Source: a virus
IMG/VR virus record: IMGVR_UViG_3300028610_002873
DNA length: 64,000 bases
Direction: 5' to 3' (one strand)
The first letter of the stretch is position 1. Each line of letters starts with the position of its first letter. Below the pieces are notes generated by a model. The model ran no database searches, had not been told where the DNA came from, and saw only the letters and a list, made by a program, of their open reading frames with translations. The translations under genes and the position numbers were made by a program. Below, one piece after another: positions 35,551-43,604 of the stretch.

Positions 35551-36855
35551 TTACAGGTTTTTCAGACGTGTCATTGCTGACACATATCCACCATCATAAG
35601 AATCACATAATATAGGTGTTCTCATGACCATACCTAATTCTGGATTATTAATCCATAAAGCTTGCATAGGACGTTGGAATGTAAAATTACACATATTTGC
35701 AAATTCACAATATCCTTTAATTGAACCATTAACAATGATGTTATTTGTATGAATATATTGATGAAAATGCCCTAACATCATAACGTCAAAAGAAGCATGA
35801 ATTGCAGCTTGTTTCGTTTGTTTACGATGTAATCCCAAATGAAGTGGGGTAAAAATTCCAGAAATTCCACTACCCCCTTTAAATTGATCTCCATGAGTTA
35901 AAAGAAAAGTTTTATCATAAACTGTGAAAACCGCATCTGGTCCATCTGGAATAACAAAATTCACATCCTTATTATCATTAAATTGTCGCGCTAAATTTTG
36001 ATAAATGAGCCATTCAAAATTATCAAATACCCGATTTTTCATTCTAGGCTTTTTATGAAGACGACCATGATTTCCTACAACACAATAAACACTAACTTTT
36101 TTAAAAATTTTAGAGCACTCAGAAATACCTTGATGTAAAAGTTCAGTTAAATCAATAATAGATTTCATAATTGGTTTTTCATTTGTTTCATTTAATTCTT
36201 CATGAATATTGCCTGAAAGGAGATCACCACCAAGACAAATTATTAAGCCGTCATACTTTGGATTTGAAACATAATTCATTAAAATATTAATAGCAGTTTT
36301 AAAAGTATGTTGAATTCTTTTTATAGCAACTTGTCGATTGTATTCATTTACATAACCTATTTGAGCTGGATCAACGTATTCATCGAAATGGATATCGGAA
36401 ATAAATAAAATTGGAATACCATGAATTGTGCGAACTTTTATTGGATTTTTTAACCATGAAGCATGTTTATTAAAACTAACCCCTTTAATATCATGAATAA
36501 GAGCTGAAAGAGCACCTGAAGTCAGCGCTCTTTTTTCAGCTTCTTTAAGATCTGAACTTAATCGTGAAATTTGTTCTTTTAATTGTCGAACTTTTAAATG
36601 TTCATCAAATGTTAAAGGTTCTTTGGATGTAGGTGCAGACGGCTGAATACCACCAGTTCTTTGAACGACATGGTAATTTTCACGTCTTAATATTCTTACC
36701 CATCTTTCAACTGTAGTTATACTAATTTTTATTTCTTGAGCGACTGACTCAACTGTTGAAAATTTCTCAATATTATTATAAACGTCAAGAAATTGATCCC
36801 TTTTATTTTTATCCTTTAACCCATTTGGAACCTTCCGTTGGTTCTCTTTGCTCAT
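35551..36855 (-). CDS. HTH domain fused to calcineurin-like metallophosphoesterase, 434 aa
   Basis: N-terminal HTH-like segment VESVAQEIKISITTVERWVRILRR. MPE motifs: SDIHFDE, GGDLLSGN, VGNHGR, LTHGDQ and GHFH. Confidence 0.75.
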   Translation of the reverse strand: MSKENQRKVPNGLKDKNKRDQFLDVYNNIEKFSTVESVAQEIKISITTVERWVRILRRENYHVVQRTGGIQPSAPTSKEPLTFDEHLKVRQLKEQISRLSSDLKEAEKRALTSGALSALIHDIKGVSFNKHASWLKNPIKVRTIHGIPILFISDIHFDEYVDPAQIGYVNEYNRQVAIKRIQHTFKTAINILMNYVSNPKYDGLIICLGGDLLSGNIHEELNETNEKPIMKSIIDLTELLHQGISECSKIFKKVSVYCVVGNHGRLHKKPRMKNRVFDNFEWLIYQNLARQFNDNKDVNFVIPDGPDAVFTVYDKTFLLTHGDQFKGGSGISGIFTPLHLGLHRKQTKQAAIHASFDVMMLGHFHQYIHTNNIIVNGSIKGYCEFANMCNFTFQRPMQALWINNPELGMVMRTPILCDSYDGGYVSAMTRLKNL

Positions 36856-36893
36856 ATTACCCCTTAAGGATGGTTAAACAATTTGATATATAA

Positions 36894-36899
36894 ATTATA
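36894..36899 (-). promoter_or_regulatory. candidate -10 element TATAAT upstream of the metallophosphoesterase gene
   Basis: Perfect hexamer in the intergenic region. No good -35 is present. Confidence 0.3.
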
Positions 36900-36940
36900 G
36901 CTGATTTGTAGAAAAAAAGAAAAAATAAACAAAAATATTA

Positions 36941-37138
36941 TTATAATCGAGTTTTGTTGTTTGACTTTTTTTGCTTTTTAAGTTTCTTCCAGGCTTTCCA
37001 TAGAGCTACTTCTTGATTACTGGCACCCATAATAGTGCTATATTTGCCATAAATAAGTTTTATATAATATTCTGTTTTTCCAGATTTATCTATTTCTTTA
37101 AAAATTTTAAAATTCTTACCTGGTTTTGGCAACTTCAT
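36941..37138 (-). CDS. hypothetical protein, 65 aa
   Basis: ORF in the gene chain. Confidence 0.45.
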   Translation of the reverse strand: MKLPKPGKNFKIFKEIDKSGKTEYYIKLIYGKYSTIMGASNQEVALWKAWKKLKKQKKSNNKTRL

Positions 37139-37141
37139 TAG

Positions 37142-37408
37142 TTAAATCTTTTTTAATTTAGTGCAATGCTTTTCAATATCACTTTCAATATTTTCAATAT
37201 CCATTAAAACATATACTAAAATATTTTTAACTTCCTTTTCAGTACAACTTGATAAATTATTTTTAATAATCTTATAAACATCATGATTATCAAAATCGTC
37301 TAAATTAGAAAGTTCTTCTATAATATTAGTTATTTTTTTAAACAATAACTTTTTTGAATTAAATTTTTCCTGTATTATATCTAACGATGCTTTTCTGGAC
37401 TGTTCCAT
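37142..37408 (-). CDS. hypothetical protein, 88 aa
   Basis: ORF in the gene chain. Confidence 0.45.
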   Translation of the reverse strand: MEQSRKASLDIIQEKFNSKKLLFKKITNIIEELSNLDDFDNHDVYKIIKNNLSSCTEKEVKNILVYVLMDIENIESDIEKHCTKLKKI

Positions 37409-37577
37409 CTTTTTTAAAACTCTCTCTTTCTTCCTGATACATTTTCATTACAATATTACTTTTACAATTAGGGCATTTCTTAGTCAAGTACACAGAATAG
37501 TAATAATTACAATTTACACAACGCCACACAATAGTTCGTTTAACTTTACGAACTGTAATATCAATAAAATTTCCCAC
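37359..37577 (-). CDS. zinc-ribbon protein, 72 aa (CVNC...CPNC)
   Basis: GTG start and two CxxC pairs. Confidence 0.45.
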   Translation of the reverse strand: MGNFIDITVRKVKRTIVWRCVNCNYYYSVYLTKKCPNCKSNIVMKMYQEERESFKKDGTVQKSIVRYNTGKI

Positions 37578-37612
37578 GTTGTTTTATACCACAATGCAAT
37601 AATAAATCAAAC

Positions 37613-37708
37613 TTATTTTCTAGTGATAAAAGCTACAATAATAATGGTTATACAAAAAACAATAACTGAGAAAATAATACCTAATCCAGCATCAACCGCC
37701 ATATACAT
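37613..37708 (-). CDS. possible 31-aa single-pass membrane peptide
   Basis: Hand translation: MYMAVDAGLGIIFSVIVFCITIIIVAFITRK. A strong SD, GAGGGGGG, lies 6 nt upstream. Confidence 0.35.
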   Translation of the reverse strand: MYMAVDAGLGIIFSVIVFCITIIIVAFITRK

Positions 37709-37735
37709 AATAAGCCCCCCTCATAATAAATCATA

Positions 37736-37969
37736 TCATGAGGCTATTGGATCATCATCATTTGACCATTCCATAAATATACGGCGCTTTTTTGTATCAG
37801 TATAACAATATCTTACAATTTTTCGAATGCCTGTTAATGGACAAACCAAACTGAAACCGTTTAAATGACCTTTAGAGATTGGCAAAATACGAACTGACCC
37901 ATTTTTAAATCGAACTACAGCAACAGCGGCTTTTCTTACTGACTCAATTCTAATTGCCATCTCAAACAT
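37736..37969 (-). CDS. hypothetical protein, 77 aa
   Basis: ORF in the gene chain. Confidence 0.45.
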   Translation of the reverse strand: MFEMAIRIESVRKAAVAVVRFKNGSVRILPISKGHLNGFSLVCPLTGIRKIVRYCYTDTKKRRIFMEWSNDDDPIAS

Positions 37970-37973
37970 TTTA

Positions 37974-38573
37974 TCAGCTTATTTGTTTCGTGTATTTACT
38001 TATTGCATTATAATAATTAAATCTTCTATCAAAAAAAGTATCACCGTCAAATTCTTGAAGAATGGGGTATACATGTCCACCACTGTATAAACGATGCCAC
38101 AACCATAACAAACGTCCTATTCTACCATTACCATCAAAAAAAGGATGAATTCGTTCAAACTCATAATGTAATTGTAAAGATTTATATAAAAATCCTTTTT
38201 GAAAATTTTTAATAAAATTTATTAAATGGTAATGAACAACTTCCGCTTTAGGTGGAACAGAATCGCCTACAAAAACTTGACCAGTACGAAATGAACCAGC
38301 CTGTTCGTCACCCATTAATCCGTTCATTAATTTAAAATGTAAAGTTAAAATGTCTGTAATATCTATAGCTCGTCTATAATTTTGTAAAATATACTGAAAC
38401 GCAAAAATTGATCTCGTAATGACTAATTTAGATGATAACGATTCTGGATTCATTAGAACCTGAAGATACGCAGATTCAGGATAATCATACCCCTCAATCA
38501 TATTACTTTCTCTTAAAAACTGAACAATTATTTTATTATCTATTTTCATTAGCTTTAAACCTAAAAATATCAT
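37974..38573 (-). CDS. Fic-domain protein (AMPylase family) with N-terminal inhibitory-helix motif, about 191-199 aa
   Basis: Canonical Fic motif HPFFDGNGRIGR. The N-terminal SNMIEG fits [S/T]xxxE[G/N]. An alternative start is the ATG at 38549. Confidence 0.85.
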   Translation of the reverse strand: MIFLGLKLMKIDNKIIVQFLRESNMIEGYDYPESAYLQVLMNPESLSSKLVITRSIFAFQYILQNYRRAIDITDILTLHFKLMNGLMGDEQAGSFRTGQVFVGDSVPPKAEVVHYHLINFIKNFQKGFLYKSLQLHYEFERIHPFFDGNGRIGRLLWLWHRLYSGGHVYPILQEFDGDTFFDRRFNYYNAISKYTKQIS

Positions 38574-38811
38574 TTAATTTATTCAAATTCAAAAATAATT
38601 CTTGAGCCAATCTTTGAGCATCAGAACTTTGAGGGCAACGAAAAGCCTCTCTCTGAATAATATCATATAATTGTAAAAGTAGCTTTTTTGCGGATTTGAT
38701 TCGAACTAATCGATATAATTTGTATTCATGCAAAAGTTCAACAGATTTTTCTAAATCTTTAATATTTACAATCCCGTATTTCTTTTCATCAATATCTAAA
38801 ACTATTTTCAT
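38536..38811 (-). CDS. hypothetical protein, 91 aa, overlapping the Fic gene start
   Basis: It overlaps the Fic ORF by 14-38 nt. Confidence 0.45.
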   Translation of the reverse strand: MKIVLDIDEKKYGIVNIKDLEKSVELLHEYKLYRLVRIKSAKKLLLQLYDIIQREAFRCPQSSDAQRLAQELFLNLNKLNDIFRFKANENR

Positions 38812-38820
38812 AATTCCTAC

Positions 38821-39045
38821 TCAATCATATTTTCCTTGTTTCACATCATTACCCATATCATTAAATCCAGCATCATTTAAATCCATAACCAATTGAATTT
38901 TAGGAGTAGCAATTGAACATTCAAAATCGTGATAAAAACCTATTTGTGCTCTTTCAATAATGCGATTTCGTTGTGGGCTTTCTGGTTGTTTTTTTAAATC
39001 TTCAATTAACAAAGTTTTTGTTTTATCATTTATTTTCATTTCCAT
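38821..39045 (-). CDS. hypothetical protein, 74 aa
   Basis: ORF in the gene chain. Confidence 0.45.
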   Translation of the reverse strand: MEMKINDKTKTLLIEDLKKQPESPQRNRIIERAQIGFYHDFECSIATPKIQLVMDLNDAGFNDMGNDVKQGKYD

Positions 39046-39370
39046 TTTCCTTTTTTATTTTTTGTACCCATTGCTCATTACACGAATGCATCTCCTCAAA
39101 TGCTAAATGTAAACCACCAAGTAAACTATTAACATGTTCGACATAAGAAAAAAATAAACCTAAATTTTCAGTTGTCACTCTTTTCTTATCAGGCCCAAAT
39201 CGAAAATCATGCCCCTTATGACCATATAAACGTATTGGAAGCCATTTAGGAAATTTACAAAGTACACCTGATCCTTCTTTATCTGCAATAACAACAATGG
39301 CTGATAAATCTTTTTCATCTAAAAATTTTGCTAATTCTTTGCTTTTAATTTCAATATTAGAACTCATCAT
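39026..39370 (-). CDS. hypothetical protein, 114 aa
   Basis: ORF in the gene chain. Confidence 0.45.
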   Translation of the reverse strand: MMSSNIEIKSKELAKFLDEKDLSAIVVIADKEGSGVLCKFPKWLPIRLYGHKGHDFRFGPDKKRVTTENLGLFFSYVEHVNSLLGGLHLAFEEMHSCNEQWVQKIKKENGNENK

Positions 39371-39582
39371 TATTGATCCAGAACCCTTTCAATATGTTCT
39401 CTAATATTTTTAGCTGATTTTAATACAAAATCTTTTTGATCTCGCATTGACATAATATTAAAAATTTCATTAAAAATAAAAACAAGTACAGTTTTATATT
39501 TTTTATTTTGAAGTTTTAATTCATTATTTTTAATATTCGCAAAACGAAGTTCACATTTTAATTTTTCAATTTCAAATTCCAT
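39370..39582 (-). CDS. hypothetical coiled-coil protein, 70 aa
   Basis: An AGGAG RBS is present. It has a 1-nt overlap with the downstream ORF. Confidence 0.5.
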   Translation of the reverse strand: MEFEIEKLKCELRFANIKNNELKLQNKKYKTVLVFIFNEIFNIMSMRDQKDFVLKSAKNIREHIERVLDQ

Positions 39583-39593
39583 TTATTTTCTCC

Positions 39594-39773
39594 TTAAAAA
39601 CTATCAACAAATCTAATCTCCCAAGGATGTTCAAAAAACACATGGCCTTTTTCATCTTCTATAATAGCAACACTTTGACCTTCATCATTTGTGCCCCATT
39701 TATGGAAAAATGCATTCAAACCATTTCTCGATTTAATTTTTCGTAAATTTTCTGTAAATTCTATATTATCCAT
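39594..39773 (-). CDS. small protein, 59 aa, FHxWG...IEDE-G family (paralog of 44380..44634 and 51206..51478)
   Basis: Hand translation: MDNIEFTENLRKIKSRNGLNAFFHKWGTNDEGQSVAIIEDEKGHVFFEHPWEIRFVDSF. It falls just under the track cutoff. Confidence 0.5.
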   Translation of the reverse strand: MDNIEFTENLRKIKSRNGLNAFFHKWGTNDEGQSVAIIEDEKGHVFFEHPWEIRFVDSF

Positions 39774-39782
39774 AATATTATT

Positions 39783-39811
39783 GTATTACAACGTGTTAAA
39801 TAACATTGCAA
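39783..39811. promoter_or_regulatory. overlapping divergent promoter candidates sharing an ATTACAacGTGT core
   Basis: Plus strand: TGtTAAATA extended -10 at 39794-39802. Minus strand: TTGCAA (39811-39806)-17-TAATAC (39788-39783). Confidence 0.4.
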
Positions 39812-39836
39812 TAAAAACTGTGCTAAACTATTTTAG

Positions 39837-40214
39837 ATGAGATGGCTTTTCATAATTCTATTTATACCTAATTTGTGCAATGCATTAGAAATAACTGAAT
39901 CCTATTTCGAATTCAGAAAATTCTATTTCTCCTCTAACATGGCTGAGATCCCACAATACAAGCCTAAAGAGTCAGTAGCGCTCCTTATGGACGTCAACCT
40001 ATACAAACCCCTACACTGGAACAATCGCGTCCACGGTGTCTCTACAGACGGGCAATTTCGACTCATTGGGTGGCAATTCTATCTGCATTTTAAAATTTTG
40101 ACGCACTTCGAAATTGGATGGGAACATCATAGCCAACATATTTTAGAAAATAGACACCCTATTTTACGATTCCCACATGAAGATAGTTTCTTATTAAGAA
40201 TAAAATTAAAATAA
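39837..40214 (+). CDS. secreted / outer-membrane protein candidate, weakly PagL-like, 125 aa
   Basis: Plus-strand gene with a signal-like N-terminus, MRWLFIILFIPNLCNA. C-terminus EIGWEHHSQHILENRHP...FLLRIKLK parallels the HISN...FLLAKLIFPI end of 40682..41164. Confidence 0.45.
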   Translation: MRWLFIILFIPNLCNALEITESYFEFRKFYFSSNMAEIPQYKPKESVALLMDVNLYKPLHWNNRVHGVSTDGQFRLIGWQFYLHFKILTHFEIGWEHHSQHILENRHPILRFPHEDSFLLRIKLK

Positions 40215-40217
40215 AAT

Positions 40218-40466
40218 TTAATACTTTTCAATGGTAGAGCCATCTTCAAATGGACCCATAATATCATAAGCATAATCATCTAAAAGCACGATACTTTTTT
40301 CTTCATTACCTTGTTGTTCTTTTATTACAAAACCAACAATTGGATTTGCAGTAAATCCCTTTTTGTCTGAAAGTTGAGCCAAATTAATTGGCAAATTTCC
40401 ATGCTTTTTTTGTATTCCAGCTAACCAATCAATACATTTACTAATAGTCATCGTTTCCTTATCCAT
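40218..40466 (-). CDS. hypothetical protein, 82 aa
   Basis: ORF in the gene chain. Confidence 0.45.
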   Translation of the reverse strand: MDKETMTISKCIDWLAGIQKKHGNLPINLAQLSDKKGFTANPIVGFVIKEQQGNEEKSIVLLDDYAYDIMGPFEDGSTIEKY

Positions 40467-40669
40467 TTTTCTAAACTGCCTTTCATATTTTCCATTGCAT
40501 TTACCATTTCAGGAGTTTCACATTCCATATATTCTGCGCTTTCACAAATATCTTTTGCTTTTTTCATTACACTTTCAGAAAATTCTTGAGCCGGTCCATA
40601 GTTTGAAATTTGTTCAGCTAAATCTTCCATGTCAGAATATATTTCAACAACTTGAAGTGGTGCGCTCAT
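40448..40669 (-). CDS. hypothetical acidic protein, 73 aa
   Basis: ORF in the gene chain. Confidence 0.45.
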   Translation of the reverse strand: MSAPLQVVEIYSDMEDLAEQISNYGPAQEFSESVMKKAKDICESAEYMECETPEMVNAMENMKGSLEKWIRKR

Positions 40670-40681
40670 TAATAAGTTCCT

Positions 40682-41164
40682 TTATATTGGGAATATAAGT
40701 TTTGCTAAAAGAAAATCCCTACCCCTATTTGGTTTTTTAATTCCTGTATTACTAATGTGATCAATAAAATTTAAACCCACTGCAACACCAGATGAAGGAT
40801 CACGAAAACCAACGCCTATTGAAATATTAAATTGAACAATTGACCCTAAAATATCATCGGTACGAGTAATAAATCCAGGTCCAAATGTATTTTCAATCCA
40901 AAACCATTCTGCTGGCTTAATCATTGGTCCGAATTTCACAAATCCATAACCAGTAATTGAATTGCGTCTATTATCAAAAAACCCCCCACCATTCATACGC
41001 CAACATAATAATTGATTGATTTCTCCCCCAATACCAATACCAATATTCTTAACTTGACTATCGGGGGTAAATGCTTCGCCCGTTCCTAGACCATATTTAA
41101 TCATAAAATCCGTAGCGAAAACTGGTTGCGATAAAAACATAAATAGTAAAACTAATTTTTTCAT
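40682..41164 (-). CDS. outer-membrane beta-barrel protein, lipid A deacylase (PagL)-like, 160 aa
   Basis: Signal peptide MKKLVLLFMFLSQPVFA. The body has alternating Gly/aromatic beta-strand character. The C-terminal motif DHISNTG fits the PagL His-x-Ser active-site pattern. Confidence 0.45.
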   Translation of the reverse strand: MKKLVLLFMFLSQPVFATDFMIKYGLGTGEAFTPDSQVKNIGIGIGGEINQLLCWRMNGGGFFDNRRNSITGYGFVKFGPMIKPAEWFWIENTFGPGFITRTDDILGSIVQFNISIGVGFRDPSSGVAVGLNFIDHISNTGIKKPNRGRDFLLAKLIFPI

Positions 41165-41165
41165 T

Positions 41166-41315
41166 TTATTTTCCTTTTATTAATTTCTTTTTCTTTAAAT
41201 CTTTTATTAAAAGGCAATTAAGATATTTTTGCCAATTCTGATCACTATCAATTAAATATTTTTTAGCAATTTTATAAATATTGCCCTCTAAAGCAACTTG
41301 AACATGTTTTTTCAT
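41166..41315 (-). CDS. possible 49-aa ORF upstream of the PagL-like gene
   Basis: Hand translation: MKKHVQVALEGNIYKIAKKYLIDSDQNWQKYLNCLLIKDLKKKKLIKGK. No SD is present, so it is speculative. Confidence 0.3.
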   Translation of the reverse strand: MKKHVQVALEGNIYKIAKKYLIDSDQNWQKYLNCLLIKDLKKKKLIKGK

Positions 41316-41380
41316 AAAGTCATGGTTACATGATTACATGCATCATGTCAAGAACAATAATTTCTTCAATAATATTCAGT

Positions 41381-41389
41381 ATTATAACA
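41381..41389 (-). promoter_or_regulatory. consensus extended -10 element TGTTATAAT (minus strand)
   Basis: It overlaps the stop codon of 41382..41723 and is positioned to drive the 41166-41315 ORF and the PagL-like gene. Confidence 0.4.
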
Positions 41390-41723
41390 ACGGTTTTAAT
41401 TGATTTTTCAATTTTTCAGCATCTCTTAAAGCGCGTTCAATAGCGGATTTGAAAATTTTATTTTCCATTTCATAGTAAACCATCTTTTCACGTAATGTAG
41501 TAGATGCAACGGACATTAAACCACTTCCATCACACATACATTTACTGCCCGATTCTGGTCTACCTGTGCCACAACAAACATCACACATATTTTCCAATTT
41601 TAATGTTTTAATTTCGGATAATAAAATAATACAATCATTTTTAAAATCTGAATAACCAAAATGATGATTTATTCTATCTTCAATTTGTTTAATCTGTGTT
41701 TGTCGTACTTTTTTATTTAACAT
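41382..41723 (-). CDS. small protein with DnaJ-type CxxCxGxG zinc finger, 113 aa
   Basis: Motifs CDVCCGTG and CMCDGSG. Confidence 0.5.
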   Translation of the reverse strand: MLNKKVRQTQIKQIEDRINHHFGYSDFKNDCIILLSEIKTLKLENMCDVCCGTGRPESGSKCMCDGSGLMSVASTTLREKMVYYEMENKIFKSAIERALRDAEKLKNQLKPLL

Positions 41724-41725
41724 TT

Positions 41726-42199
41726 CTAATCTCGATATTGAATTAATGGGCAGATTTTCTGTTTAGTTGCTTGAAAAGACTTTATACAAATTTCTCCAAA
41801 ACCGTCTGAAGTAACATGGTCCCATTTATCAGATGTGATATCTTTAGCATCAGAAAATCCTGATTTAATTTTATCTTCAAAAAAGATCGCCATAAAAACT
41901 AAATCAATAATCGAAACTGCAATTAAACCCCTCATTGCATTTGAACTACCATTCATAAGCCAACTCCAAGTGAAAATAAATGGTCCTATAACAAGAAATA
42001 GAATAAGACAACCTGCGGCCAAAAGTAAAATACAAAGCCCTATCGCCATCAAATTTGTCAAAACAAATGTCCAAAAATATGTACAAATACTTTTTGGGGC
42101 ATCAAATCTCAAATCACTCGTAGATTTACAAAACATCATAAGCAACTCCAACCAACGGTAATGCCAACTTTTTCTACTTATTTTTATTTCCATTTTCAT
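41726..42199 (-). CDS. integral membrane protein, 157 aa
   Basis: Three or more hydrophobic segments are present. Confidence 0.5.
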   Translation of the reverse strand: MKMEIKISRKSWHYRWLELLMMFCKSTSDLRFDAPKSICTYFWTFVLTNLMAIGLCILLLAAGCLILFLVIGPFIFTWSWLMNGSSNAMRGLIAVSIIDLVFMAIFFEDKIKSGFSDAKDITSDKWDHVTSDGFGEICIKSFQATKQKICPLIQYRD

Positions 42200-42395
42200 C
42201 TCCTTTTATATTAATTTCTATTTCAATTAACTTATAATCACCAATAGATGGTTGTCCAGTAAATTTAGTTTTATGGCTAAAAATATACAACGCAGTATCA
42301 CCATTCACTTGATCACGCATTTCTTCTAAAGTTTCAAGTGTGTCTTCACGCATAAAAAATCTATGATTTGTTATTTTTTTCATATTTTTTTTCAA
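42174..42395 (-). CDS. hypothetical protein, 73 aa
   Basis: ORF in the gene chain. Confidence 0.45.
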   Translation of the reverse strand: MKKNMKKITNHRFFMREDTLETLEEMRDQVNGDTALYIFSHKTKFTGQPSIGDYKLIEIEINIKGDENGNKNK

Positions 42396-42398
42396 ATT

Positions 42399-42614
42399 CT
42401 ATTTATTTATCCCTAAAATCTTATGCTCTAATTTTAATTTTTCTAAAACTATTAAATTATGAAAAAATGATTTCATAACGCTATTAAAAATAATAACGCC
42501 AAAAAAAGATAAAAATCCCCAAGCAATACTGTTTGTTACAAACCCAATAGCTATGCCAAATCCAATATAAATAAAAAAGAAAAAAACTCCATCCCAACTA
42601 TCAATATTTCGCAT
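42399..42614 (-). CDS. small membrane protein, 71 aa (2 TM)
   Basis: Hydrophobic segments are present. A holin-like role cannot be supported because no endolysin lies nearby. Confidence 0.45.
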   Translation of the reverse strand: MRNIDSWDGVFFFFIYIGFGIAIGFVTNSIAWGFLSFFGVIIFNSVMKSFFHNLIVLEKLKLEHKILGINK

Positions 42615-42801
42615 TAAATGCTCCTTTTATAATCCCGACTAAAAGAAAAAAAGCAAAAACTGGCGATGCAAAACCAAATAAAATCGAGCTAAGAATACGA
42701 TTCAAAACAGGCACATATCTTAATTGTTTTCGAAAATAAAAAAAATTACAAATTGCAACCAATAATGATATTAATAAATAAATATAAACAACAATAATCA
42801 T
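42601..42801 (-). CDS. small membrane protein, 66 aa (2 TM)
   Basis: Hydrophobic segments are present. Confidence 0.45.
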   Translation of the reverse strand: MIIVVYIYLLISLLVAICNFFYFRKQLRYVPVLNRILSSILFGFASPVFAFFLLVGIIKGAFNAKY

Positions 42802-43025
42802 TTTTCAATTTCTCCTTCTTTATTTTTATAATCTATAACAATTAACTTACCTGATTCTTGAGCCTTAATAAACCATCCCATAAAATTTTCAAAAACATGT
42901 GTAATATATAATCCTTCTTTTTTTACAGATGCAACAAAATTTTGATAAAGTTCTGCTTTTGCCCAAAATGTTATTTGATGATTTGGGCTTTTATTCTTTG
43001 CTCGTTTTGTAAAAATTAAACTCAT
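42798..43025 (-). CDS. hypothetical protein, 75 aa
   Basis: 4-nt overlaps on both sides. Confidence 0.5.
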   Translation of the reverse strand: MSLIFTKRAKNKSPNHQITFWAKAELYQNFVASVKKEGLYITHVFENFMGWFIKAQESGKLIVIDYKNKEGEIEK

Positions 43026-43240
43026 TTTATTTCTTCCTTTTTATCGTTAGATGTTATGTACCGCTCTCCACACACTCTGCATGATTCTATTTTAGGTTTT
43101 CCAAGTCGTTCCATTTTAATTTCAATCATGGGGTTCATGAGCGCGCTGGGCGTATAAATGAGTTCCTTTTGTTCACGCGGGAAAAGTAACGTCAGAGATT
43201 TTTTCCTGTTCAGCCATACTGTTAATTCAATTGTGTCCAT
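43022..43240 (-). CDS. hypothetical protein, 72 aa
   Basis: ORF in the gene chain. Confidence 0.45.
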   Translation of the reverse strand: MDTIELTVWLNRKKSLTLLFPREQKELIYTPSALMNPMIEIKMERLGKPKIESCRVCGERYITSNDKKEEIK

Positions 43241-43243
43241 TTC

Positions 43244-43534
43244 TTATTCCACCGTTCTTGTAAATTTATTTTGTTTTAAATCAAGATATCCATCTGGTTT
43301 AGGAATTTTCATGCCTATACATACTTGTTCTATAATCTTAGGTATCTCTAATTTCATAGCCTGAATTGCAACATCCTTAGAAATGTATTTCTTTTTATCA
43401 AACTTCATATGAATAGGATGATTATCGTCAGTCTCTGGACCAATAGTTATAAATACTTCAAATGCAAATGACTTTCCAATAGGATATGCGCGTCCTCGAA
43501 TTCTTGGCATGTATCCTTCTTTAAAATTATTCAT
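43244..43534 (-). CDS. hypothetical protein, 96 aa
   Basis: ORF in the gene chain. Confidence 0.45.
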   Translation of the reverse strand: MNNFKEGYMPRIRGRAYPIGKSFAFEVFITIGPETDDNHPIHMKFDKKKYISKDVAIQAMKLEIPKIIEQVCIGMKIPKPDGYLDLKQNKFTRTVE

Positions 43535-43604
43535 TTATCGATCCCCTTTTGTTCGCTATTCACATTTTTTTCAATGATATTTAATCGTTTTTGTTCTTTA
43601 TGCA

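Noticed and set aside
41323-41351. TTGACA-17-TAACCA promoter giving a leaderless 49-aa ORF at 41315
   Set aside because: The -10 hexamer matches the consensus at only 2 of 6 positions and lacks the invariant final T. The consensus extended -10 TGTTATAAT at 41389-41381 is a better candidate.
42399-42801. Two adjacent 2-TM micro-proteins as a holin/antiholin pair
   Set aside because: There is no endolysin, spanin or other lysis gene nearby, and many other small membrane ORFs occur in this region. The evidence is insufficient.
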